Shown one piece after another: positions 56,249-64,000 of a stretch of DNA of 64,000 nt. The stretch's first letter is position 1. Every line of letters starts with the position of its first letter. Made by a program: the position numbers and the translations under genes. Under the pieces are notes generated by a model. It searched no databases. It saw nothing but the letters and a program-made list of their open reading frames with translations, and was not told where the DNA came from. The DNA is from Candidatus Saccharimonadales bacterium (GTDB taxonomy: Bacteria; Patescibacteriota; Saccharimonadia; Saccharimonadales; JAYRRP01): the NCBI GenBank assembly GCA_041906765.1, contig JAYRIP010000003.1, positions 30,760-94,759 on the forward strand, given 5' to 3'.

Positions 56249-58723
56249 ATGTTACCAAATTCACCAGATTTTCAAGAATTCATGAACCATCTGACGGACA
56301 ATGCGCTGCACAGCCTAAAGCATGCAGATGCAATTGCCCGTAGTTTTGGTAGCGCTTATGTTGGTACTGAACATTTGTTACTGGGCGTGTTAGCTCAAGA
56401 GTCATCCGTCGGTGCAAAATTACTGGAAGGTGCCGGGGTGACGCTGGATAGAGCCCGTCTGGCTCTGAACCTGACACCAAAAACACTGGTAGTTAACATG
56501 GGTGCAAAAGGTTTGAGTGAGACTGCAAAACTTACCTTACGCATGGCCTATGACATTGCTCAGGATCTCAACCAGGAGCACTGCGGAACTGAGCATATTC
56601 TGAGCAGTATTTTACGGCAAAAGAATGCACGGGCTACTATCCTCTTGCGAGATATGAATATTGATGTGATGCAGTTGCAAAACGAGCTCGAACAGTACCT
56701 GAACCTACAGGGTTTTGGTGGCACAGCTTCATCCGATACTCACCGACGTGGTAAAAAAGCACGTAAAACTGCACTGGATTTTTTTGGTACCGATCTGACT
56801 GCCCAGGCACGTGAGGGCAAGCTTGACCCGGTAGTGGGCCGTGAGTCACAGATTCGTCGGCTTGTCACCATATTAAATCGGCGCACGAAGAACAATCCGG
56901 TTCTGATTGGCGAGCCAGGCGTAGGCAAGACAGCCATTGTCGAAGGTTTAGCGCAGCGGATTGTATCAGAAGATCTGCCGGATAGTCTGCTCGGTAAGCG
57001 TATTATTATGCTTGATTTGGCCGGGATGATCGCCGGTACGAAATATCGCGGTGAATTTGAAGAACGGCTGAAAAAAGTTTTATCGGAACTGGAGAATGAT
57101 CCACATACGATCTTGTTTATTGATGAATTGCATTTGATTGTGGGAGCGGGAGCAGCCGAAGGCGCAATGGATGCTGGTAGTATTTTGAAACCACAGCTTG
57201 CGCGAGGTAAAATCCGAGTTATCGGTGCAACTACTACTGCGGAATACACCAAGCATATTGAAAAAGATGCTGCCCTAGAAAGGCGTTTCCAGCCAATTCA
57301 GGTTCCAGCTGCAACTACAAGTGAGGCGTTGCAGATATTAAAAGGACTCCGTAAACATTACGAGACTTACCATAATGTAAAAATCAGTGATAGTGTGCTG
57401 GAAGATACTGTTACTCTTTCCAATCGTTATGTGAACGATCGGTTCCTGCCAGACAAGGCAATTGATTTGCTAGATGAAACGGCTGCCTATCTACGTGTTG
57501 ATAAAGGGAAGACACCACCAGAAGTTCGAACACTACAGAAAGAATTGAAGTTATTGAATGTTCGTTTAGAAGATTCAGTGGACAACCAAGATTATGAAAA
57601 AGCTGCCCAGTACAAAACCCGAGCCAGTCAGATTAGTGACGAATTGAAGAAATTGCAGTCCAGCGGTAAGGGTCGTCAGAAATTGGTGGTTACTAGTGAT
57701 GACGTATCAGAGGTAGTTGCCCGGATAACCGGCATCCCTGTAAAGCGTGTCATGAGAGCTGAAGCTAAACACTTGCTGCATCTTGAAAAGACTCTTGGCA
57801 AATATGTAATCGGGCAAGACGAGGCCGTTGCCGCTGTCGCCAAAGCGGTGCGTCGTAACCGCTCAGGAGTATCTAGCGAGAACAGGCCGATTGGCTCGTT
57901 CGTATTTTTAGGACCTACCGGAGTGGGAAAGACCGAATTGGCACGTGTATTAGCACGGGAATTCTTTGGCAGCAAAGACGCACTTATTAAGATTGATATG
58001 AGTGAATTTGGTGAGCGCCACACAGTATCCAGACTGGTTGGTGCGCCGGCTGGTTATATTGGTTATGAAGAAGGGGGCCAATTGACCGATCGTGTTCGCC
58101 GCCAGCCATACAGTCTCATTTTGTTTGATGAGATTGAGAAAGCCCACCCCGAAGTGTTTAATATGTTGCTGCAAATTCTGGAAGATGGCGTGTTGACTGA
58201 CGCAAAAGGCAGACAGGTGGACTTTACTAACGCCATTATCATCATGACGAGTAACCTTGGTGCAGAGAAGCTGCAAAAGGAAGCGTCACTTGGTTTTCAT
58301 GCTACCAGCGTATCGGATATGAAGGATCTGGATGAGTTGCATGTCCGTAACAAAGATAAGGTACACGAGGAGCTAAAAAAGCTCATGAGGCCAGAATTGA
58401 TTAACCGTATCGACAAAATTATTGTCTTCCGTGCGCTCACTAAGAGAAATGCCTTAAAGATACTTGACTTGCAAATCGATGAGCTGCGTCAGCGCTTGCT
58501 TAGGCAAGGTATGGGGCTTGAATTATCATCCAGTGCAAAACGACACCTACTCGAAGAAGGCTACGATGCCAAAAATGGCGTAAGGCCGTTGCGCCGTTTG
58601 CTTCAGGACACCATTGAAGACCATATTGCCCACCATTTACTCGACAGTCAGTATATGAAAGGTGATATTATCCAAGTGGGTATAAAAGATAAGCAACTTG
58701 CCTTTACTGCTGCCAATGAATAG
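56249..58723 (+). CDS. clpC: ATP-dependent Clp protease ATP-binding subunit ClpC
   Basis: Clp_N repeats, Walker A motifs GEPGVGKTA and GPTGVGKTE, a UVR-like middle motif ([15 protein letters not shown]). AGGAAG SD 9 nt before ATG 56249. Confidence 0.92.
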   Translation: MLPNSPDFQEFMNHLTDNALHSLKHADAIARSFGSAYVGTEHLLLGVLAQESSVGAKLLEGAGVTLDRARLALNLTPKTLVVNMGAKGLSETAKLTLRMAYDIAQDLNQEHCGTEHILSSILRQKNARATILLRDMNIDVMQLQNELEQYLNLQGFGGTASSDTHRRGKKARKTALDFFGTDLTAQAREGKLDPVVGRESQIRRLVTILNRRTKNNPVLIGEPGVGKTAIVEGLAQRIVSEDLPDSLLGKRIIMLDLAGMIAGTKYRGEFEERLKKVLSELENDPHTILFIDELHLIVGAGAAEGAMDAGSILKPQLARGKIRVIGATTTAEYTKHIEKDAALERRFQPIQVPAATTSEALQILKGLRKHYETYHNVKISDSVLEDTVTLSNRYVNDRFLPDKAIDLLDETAAYLRVDKGKTPPEVRTLQKELKLLNVRLEDSVDNQDYEKAAQYKTRASQISDELKKLQSSGKGRQKLVVTSDDVSEVVARITGIPVKRVMRAEAKHLLHLEKTLGKYVIGQDEAVAAVAKAVRRNRSGVSSENRPIGSFVFLGPTGVGKTELARVLAREFFGSKDALIKIDMSEFGERHTVSRLVGAPAGYIGYEEGGQLTDRVRRQPYSLILFDEIEKAHPEVFNMLLQILEDGVLTDAKGRQVDFTNAIIIMTSNLGAEKLQKEASLGFHATSVSDMKDLDELHVRNKDKVHEELKKLMRPELINRIDKIIVFRALTKRNALKILDLQIDELRQRLLRQGMGLELSSSAKRHLLEEGYDAKNGVRPLRRLLQDTIEDHIAHHLLDSQYMKGDIIQVGIKDKQLAFTAANE

Positions 58724-58759
58724 TCGTAGCGGCAACGTGTAGCAGGTTTCATTTACCAT

Positions 58760-59737
58760 ATGCAACGAAATCGCACCACTCGTTTCTTCATTTCTCTGAG
58801 TATATTGATTGTGTCAGCCTTCCTTCTTATTGGGGGACTAAACTACAAACAAGCTATTTATGATTGGCTGCGCTTGAGGCAATACCAACCAGCAGCAGAT
58901 ATCGCCCAGCTGACAGAACATACTACTATGACGCCTTCTGCCACCCGCCTTTTTTATGTCCATCATCCGGTACTTGCCGACAAAACGAACTTTAATGAGC
59001 ACTGCAGAGACAATGAACAAACCATTGTGCTTGGTTGTTACGTCGCCAACCAGGGCATTTATTTGTTTGATGTAACTGATCAACGTCTGGCAGGTGTTGA
59101 AGAGGTAACGGCGGCTCACGAGATGTTGCACGCAGCATACAACCGTCTACCGGCCGATGAAAAACAACATATAAATACGTTAATTCAATCTGCATATGCC
59201 CAAGTGAATGATGAGCGGATTAAAAAAGTTATCGGTCAGTATAAGACGATGGGAGCAGATACCACAAACGAATTGCATTCCATACTTGGTACAGAAGTAG
59301 TGAGCTTGCCTTCAGATTTAGAACAATACTACAGTCGTTATTTTGCTAATCGTAAAACTGTCGTGGAATATTCTGAAAAATATGAAGCGGTCTTGTCGCA
59401 AAGAAAGGATAAGATTACAGCCTATGATCAGCGCTTAGCTGCTCTCAAAGCAGAAATTGATGAGGCGCAAACTAATATTAATTCTGAATCGGATGCCTTA
59501 AAAGGAGAGCGACAAAGTCTGGATGCGTTACTTAAAAGTAATCAGATTGAAGCGTATAACGCAGGTGTGAACGGTTTTAATGAAAAGGTACGATCACTAA
59601 ATGCAAAGGTGAGCCAGACGCGAACTTTGATCAATGAATATAATGCGCTGGTGAAAGAACGCAACGACATTGCACTTGAAGAGCAGGAGCTGATTAAGTC
59701 TCTGGACAGCCGTCTTACCAGCCCAGATGAAATTTAA
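58760..59737 (+). CDS. membrane-anchored protein with an HExxH motif and C-terminal coiled coil (putative metallopeptidase-like)
   Basis: N-terminal TM, AAHEMLHAAY (HExxH), and a long heptad-like C-terminal region. Family not recognised. Confidence 0.5.
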   Translation: MQRNRTTRFFISLSILIVSAFLLIGGLNYKQAIYDWLRLRQYQPAADIAQLTEHTTMTPSATRLFYVHHPVLADKTNFNEHCRDNEQTIVLGCYVANQGIYLFDVTDQRLAGVEEVTAAHEMLHAAYNRLPADEKQHINTLIQSAYAQVNDERIKKVIGQYKTMGADTTNELHSILGTEVVSLPSDLEQYYSRYFANRKTVVEYSEKYEAVLSQRKDKITAYDQRLAALKAEIDEAQTNINSESDALKGERQSLDALLKSNQIEAYNAGVNGFNEKVRSLNAKVSQTRTLINEYNALVKERNDIALEEQELIKSLDSRLTSPDEI

Positions 59738-59755
59738 TTTGTTACACTATTGCTC

Positions 59756-61102
59756 ATGGGAAAGAAAGCAAGCGTGACATTCGTGTGTCAAAATTGTGGG
59801 GCACAGCACGGCAGTTGGTCGGGCAGATGTCATGTGTGTGGCGAGTGGAATACTATTGTTCAACAAGTACAACAAACGACATCATCAGGGGCCACTGGCC
59901 ATAGCCTTACTGCGCATTCGATTGGGAAAAACACCAGCAAAGGAACAGGACGTCTGAAAACGGGCATCCAAGAAGCGGACGTGGTGCTTGGTGGTGGATT
60001 AGTGCCTGGCAGCTTGACTTTAGTAGCCGGCCAGCCAGGTATCGGCAAGAGTACCATATTGCTCCAAGTGGCTGATTTTGTAGCTAAAAACGAGCCGGTA
60101 TTATATGTTAGCGGTGAGGAATCAGCTGACCAGATCAACCTTCGAGCAAGACGTTTAAAGGCAACCAGCAGCAAGCTTCAAATAGCCAATTCCAGTAGTG
60201 CCGACGATATTGCTCAGACGATATTAAATGGAAAATATAAGCTGGTCATGGTCGATTCAATCCAGACTATGACAGTTGATCAAGTCGGTTCTGCGGCAGG
60301 CACGGTGAGCCAGATTACAAATAGTACCCAGCTCCTACAGGCAGCGGCAAAACAAACGGCTACTGCGGTGGTGGTGGTTGGTCATGTAACAAAAGAGGGT
60401 TCAATCGCCGGCCCCAAAGTGCTCGAACATGTCGTGGATGTGGTGTTGCAGTTGGAGGGTGACCGCTACGGCGGCTTCAAGCTGCTACGGGGTGTTAAGA
60501 ACCGTTACGGGTCTACAAACGAAATTGGCATATTTGAAATGACCGACACGGGCATGCAACCGGTCAACAACCCATCGGCAGTGCTCCTCTCCGAACGTCA
60601 AATAACAGATGGGTCAGTAGTACTTGCTACCATGGAGGGGACGCGTCCACTACTCGTAGAGGTACAGGCTCTTGTAAACAGGACCAATTATGGGTATCCA
60701 AAAAGGACGGCCAGCGGGGTGGACATTAATCGGGTTAATCTATTAATTGCGGTTTTAGAGCGTCGCACTAAGTTAAATTTAACTGATCAGGATATCTATG
60801 TGAATGTGGTAGGCGGGATAAGAGTGCAAGAACCGGCGGCTGACCTAGCTATTTGTATGGCAATCGCATCAGCGTCTAAGGGCATGCAACTAAAACAGAA
60901 TGTCTGTGTGTTTGGTGAAGTTGGATTATCGGGCGAGCTGCGACATGTACCTTTTGCGGAGAAACGAGTCGGAGAAGCTCGCAAGTTGGGCTTTGACGGT
61001 GCGCTCGGACCTCTGGGTGGAAAAAATACAAAAAAAATCTCGGGTTTATTTGGGGGGAGAGCACTGCGGGATGCACTTAATCAATTTTTGGAGAAAGAAT
61101 GA
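59756..61102 (+). CDS. radA: DNA repair protein RadA/Sms
   Basis: Zinc finger CQNCG...CHVCGEWN, Walker A GQPGIGKST, KNRYG motif and a Lon-like C-terminal domain. Confidence 0.93.
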   Translation: MGKKASVTFVCQNCGAQHGSWSGRCHVCGEWNTIVQQVQQTTSSGATGHSLTAHSIGKNTSKGTGRLKTGIQEADVVLGGGLVPGSLTLVAGQPGIGKSTILLQVADFVAKNEPVLYVSGEESADQINLRARRLKATSSKLQIANSSSADDIAQTILNGKYKLVMVDSIQTMTVDQVGSAAGTVSQITNSTQLLQAAAKQTATAVVVVGHVTKEGSIAGPKVLEHVVDVVLQLEGDRYGGFKLLRGVKNRYGSTNEIGIFEMTDTGMQPVNNPSAVLLSERQITDGSVVLATMEGTRPLLVEVQALVNRTNYGYPKRTASGVDINRVNLLIAVLERRTKLNLTDQDIYVNVVGGIRVQEPAADLAICMAIASASKGMQLKQNVCVFGEVGLSGELRHVPFAEKRVGEARKLGFDGALGPLGGKNTKKISGLFGGRALRDALNQFLEKE

Positions 61103-61851
61103 CAATGATTACTTTACAACTTTTACAAATCGTACTTCTTTTTATCGTACTACTATTGCTAATGGGACCAAATCGATTACGTCAGCGTAACACCAAGACA
61201 AAAGGTGAGCGAGCGATCGTACTTGATACCTGTGCCTTAATTGATGGACGTATCGAGGATCTGGTCCAGACTGGATTTATTGATTGTCCACTCATAATTC
61301 CACAATTTGTTATTGACGAGCTACAGTTTCTTGCAGATGGTCAGGATTCACAAAAGCGGGCAAGAGCAAGATTTGGGTTGGATGTAGCGCATAATTTGCA
61401 ACAGAATCAATTAGGTGTCAGGGTAGTGCTGCATCATGATACGATATCTGAGGCGTCAGAGACGGACGCCAAACTGGTCAAACTTGCAATGAAAGAACAG
61501 GCTTTACTCTATACCACCGATTATAATCTTAATAAAGTGGCCAAGATTTCTGGCGTCAAGGTCTTGAATGTGCATGAACTGGCGGGGGCGTTGAGGGTGG
61601 TTGCCTTACCGGGCGAGACCAGGCAGATAAAAATTATTCAAAAAGGTAGCGCCAAAGGTCAAGGTGTTGGCTATCTTGAAGACGGCACTATGGTAGTGGT
61701 AGATAACGCTGCCAATAAAATTGGCGAAAAGATTATAGTAACGATAACGCGCGTACACCAAACTGATGCCGGCAAGATGATTTTTGGCACGCACGGCAAC
61801 TCACCGACTACATCAAAAAGAAGGGTTGCCGCTTCTTCTAAGGCCGCTTAA
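61099..61851 (+). CDS. PIN/TRAM-domain protein (YacL-like)
   Basis: N-terminal TM, PIN core VLDTCALIDGRI...TTDYNLNKVA and a C-terminal TRAM-like beta domain. ATGA overlap with radA. Confidence 0.8.
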   Translation: MTMITLQLLQIVLLFIVLLLLMGPNRLRQRNTKTKGERAIVLDTCALIDGRIEDLVQTGFIDCPLIIPQFVIDELQFLADGQDSQKRARARFGLDVAHNLQQNQLGVRVVLHHDTISEASETDAKLVKLAMKEQALLYTTDYNLNKVAKISGVKVLNVHELAGALRVVALPGETRQIKIIQKGSAKGQGVGYLEDGTMVVVDNAANKIGEKIIVTITRVHQTDAGKMIFGTHGNSPTTSKRRVAASSKAA

Positions 61852-64000
61852 ACATGACGCTTGCGCTTGGTCCGCCAGAAGCAATAACGGTTGCAGTATA
61901 ATTACCATTTCCGATACAACCAGGGACAGTTTGCGACGTTCCACCAACTGAGCTGTTGAAACATGTGCCGCCAGGACCGTTCACTGTCAGAGTATAAGGA
62001 GAAGTTCCACCCGCCCAGCTAACGTTGAATGGGGACGAAGGACCGACGCCTTGTCCGCTGGCGGGGGACGTTATTACTAAAGGGTTGCCACTACCTCCCC
62101 CTGCAAAATCGACTGATACTGTGTCGCTGCCGTCATATAGCACACTATCAATAATCTCGGCTCTGACCTGTTTGTTGCCGCTGGTAGCAACTGCATAAGT
62201 GAGTGTCACGGTGCCCGGACTGCCCACGCTTGTGGTTTGTACAACCTGTCCGTCGATCACCAGGTTAACCGTGCCCTTAAACTTGTCACTGGATAGTGGA
62301 TGAGTACCTTGTGATACGTTTAAGGTAAATGTACAAGAGCCAGCACAATTAGCAGGTGCACCGACAAAACTAATTTGCGGACGGGCGTCACCACATTTGT
62401 GCACATCATCTTTTTCGTCTGTTGTGGTAGAGGCGCTTCCGCCTGGCACAAACCTATCACCTGAGAATGAGTTGGCTGCTGCATCATTAGTCTGCATTTT
62501 GGCACGGTCTGGCGTGCATTCAGTGGCAAGCTTATTAGAGACTTTATCTATCACCCTTGGTGCTGAATTTGTCTTTTTGTTTTGCTGGTACCACGAAGGA
62601 TATATATCGTTGCTAGGGCTTGGTTCGACGGATCCAACTCCCACATGGTTCCGTACAACGAAGGCCGGGAGGGTTTGCACCCCGCTTGGTTTTACCCGTT
62701 CCTCAGGCTTCAAGTTGTCATGGACACGCCGCATCCAACCACTCCAAATTGGCTCTGTCATAGTCTCCATGAAGCCACGCATTTCTCTCTGTCTGGTGTG
62801 ATAGCCAACCCACACACCGGCAGAATATTGAGTAGAGAAGCCCATCAGCAAACCATCTTTGGTGTCATTTGTCGTACCGGTTTTTAATGAAAATTTATGA
62901 TTCTTGTAACGGTGTGGTTTTTTACTGAAGTAGCTAGCATTTGGATCCGCCATCATATCTGCCACAATGTAGGCAGCGTCTGGGCGAACGGCTTGCTCGC
63001 CTTTGGATGGCTTCCATTCATCTACCTTTTTGCCGCCTGCATCAGTAATCTTCAGGATGTAAGTCTGAGGAATATACTGTCCATTGCGTGAAATAGTTGA
63101 ATAAGCATGGACGTGTTCGTCAAGGTGCAAGTAGGCGCCATCGCCAATGGCAGATGAAGCATAACAAGGGCCCTCTTTGGTCAGTTTGTCGTCATAGTAA
63201 CACTTATAACCGCTCTTTAGACCCAGCTTTTCAGCTGTGTCAATTGTCTTATTAATTCCGACTGTCAACATAGCTTTGACGGCCGGAACGTTACGGGAAC
63301 CACCTAACGCATAACGCAATGTGAGGGGCCCAGGGTACTTAAAGTCGTAATCCCACAAACAATTACCGCCTTGCTTGGGTTGGGCTTTGTTTGTGCACGG
63401 ATAACCTTCAAGGGGGCCTTGTGTGTCATAAAGAACCGACCCTGCGCCAGAATTATTGGTGTGCTCTATGAGGGAGACATAATCATATGGCTTAAAGCTG
63501 GAACCGGGCGGTAATTGAGCGGTCGCATAATTGAATTGACCAAAATCAGGATTTGAAAAGTCTGATCCACCGACTAGGGCAACTACTTGTCCGGTTTTGA
63601 CATCTTCACCAACAAAAGCAGCTGTATCACCTCCTTGACGGCGTACCTGGGCCATGCCTTTATTTACTTCTTCCTCGGCGATTTTTTGTTTATCGAGATC
63701 TAATGTAGTAGTTACGTTCCAGCCGCCCCGTTGTACGGTTTGGTTGCCAAACTTGTCTTCGAGCTGTTTCTTGGCCGCCAGCACAAACCAAGGCGCCTTG
63801 ATACCGTCATACTTTGGCTTGCGGGGCTTTACTAATGCGACAACATCTGTTTTCTTTGCTTGGTCAAGCTGATCCTGCGTAATCTTACCCTGCTGGTGCA
63901 TCAATTCAAGCACGTATTGTTGTCGACTGGCGAAAGCTTCTTTATCAAAGTCCGCACTGTAAGGAGAGTAATAACGGGGTGATTTGGGAATAGTTGCTAG
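61838..64000 (-). CDS. class A penicillin-binding protein (PBP1A-like), 5' end outside the window
   Basis: Transpeptidase motifs SSFKP, SRN and KTGTT. The frame stays open to position 64000 (...PKSPRYYSPYSADFDKEAF..., the tail of a GT51 domain). Cys/Gly/Thr-rich beta-type C-terminal extension. Confidence 0.88.
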   Translation of the reverse strand, partial: LATIPKSPRYYSPYSADFDKEAFASRQQYVLELMHQQGKITQDQLDQAKKTDVVALVKPRKPKYDGIKAPWFVLAAKKQLEDKFGNQTVQRGGWNVTTTLDLDKQKIAEEEVNKGMAQVRRQGGDTAAFVGEDVKTGQVVALVGGSDFSNPDFGQFNYATAQLPPGSSFKPYDYVSLIEHTNNSGAGSVLYDTQGPLEGYPCTNKAQPKQGGNCLWDYDFKYPGPLTLRYALGGSRNVPAVKAMLTVGINKTIDTAEKLGLKSGYKCYYDDKLTKEGPCYASSAIGDGAYLHLDEHVHAYSTISRNGQYIPQTYILKITDAGGKKVDEWKPSKGEQAVRPDAAYIVADMMADPNASYFSKKPHRYKNHKFSLKTGTTNDTKDGLLMGFSTQYSAGVWVGYHTRQREMRGFMETMTEPIWSGWMRRVHDNLKPEERVKPSGVQTLPAFVVRNHVGVGSVEPSPSNDIYPSWYQQNKKTNSAPRVIDKVSNKLATECTPDRAKMQTNDAAANSFSGDRFVPGGSASTTTDEKDDVHKCGDARPQISFVGAPANCAGSCTFTLNVSQGTHPLSSDKFKGTVNLVIDGQVVQTTSVGSPGTVTLTYAVATSGNKQVRAEIIDSVLYDGSDTVSVDFAGGGSGNPLVITSPASGQGVGPSSPFNVSWAGGTSPYTLTVNGPGGTCFNSSVGGTSQTVPGCIGNGNYTATVIASGGPSASVMFKRP

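Noticed and set aside
1-64000. CRISPR arrays, transposases, integrases, reverse transcriptases, toxin-antitoxin pairs or known defence operons
   Set aside because: I read all ORFs over 60 aa and the intergenic regions and saw no spaced direct-repeat array or hallmark motifs. The only mobile-element hint is the tRNA-end repeat at 856-873.
1-64000. Alternative genetic code (TGA recoding as in some CPR lineages)
   Set aside because: Well-conserved genes end at TGA at the expected length (for example metK at 3536, pheS at 12498 and radA at 61102), so the standard bacterial code fits.

Overview
The window is a gene-dense (about 90% coding), mostly core-genome stretch of a reduced bacterial genome using the standard code (TGA is a stop, for example in metK). 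Gene content and order suggest a Patescibacteria/CPR organism, probably Saccharibacteria (TM7)-like, but that placement is inference. Supporting features are Firmicutes-like synteny (clpC-radA-yacL, gatCAB, rnhB-yraN), a split transketolase, a compact glycolysis and pentose-phosphate cluster, type IV pilus parts, many small unrecognisable membrane proteins and almost no biosynthesis genes. I call about 60 CDSs, and most housekeeping calls rest on catalytic motifs visible in the translations. I also call one tRNA-Gln(CUG) with its terminator, one SAM-I riboswitch with a terminator platform upstream of metK, and several sigma70-type promoters. I found no CRISPR array, integrase, transposase, reverse transcriptase or recognisable defence island, so I cannot point to a clear novel multi-gene system. 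The items most worth a second look are these: (1) a perfect 26-bp tandem duplication that frameshifts one of two tandem pilin-like paralogs; (2) an exact 18-bp copy of the tRNA-Gln 3' end 157 bp downstream of the gene, next to AT-richer unknown ORFs at the left edge, which looks like an att scar; (3) a recurrent CTACA(A/C)T-type -10 box 6-7 nt upstream of start codons, suggesting leaderless mRNAs; (4) a promoter plus intrinsic terminator just upstream of nusA; (5) an unknown 417-aa ORF tightly paired with a LOG/TIGR00725-like protein beside the pilin genes; (6) unknown membrane proteins inserted into the otherwise conserved gatCAB and clpC-radA-yacL operons. Start codons were chosen by eye (SD or promoter context, N-terminal similarity) and are approximate. 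All homology statements come from motif recognition, not database searches.
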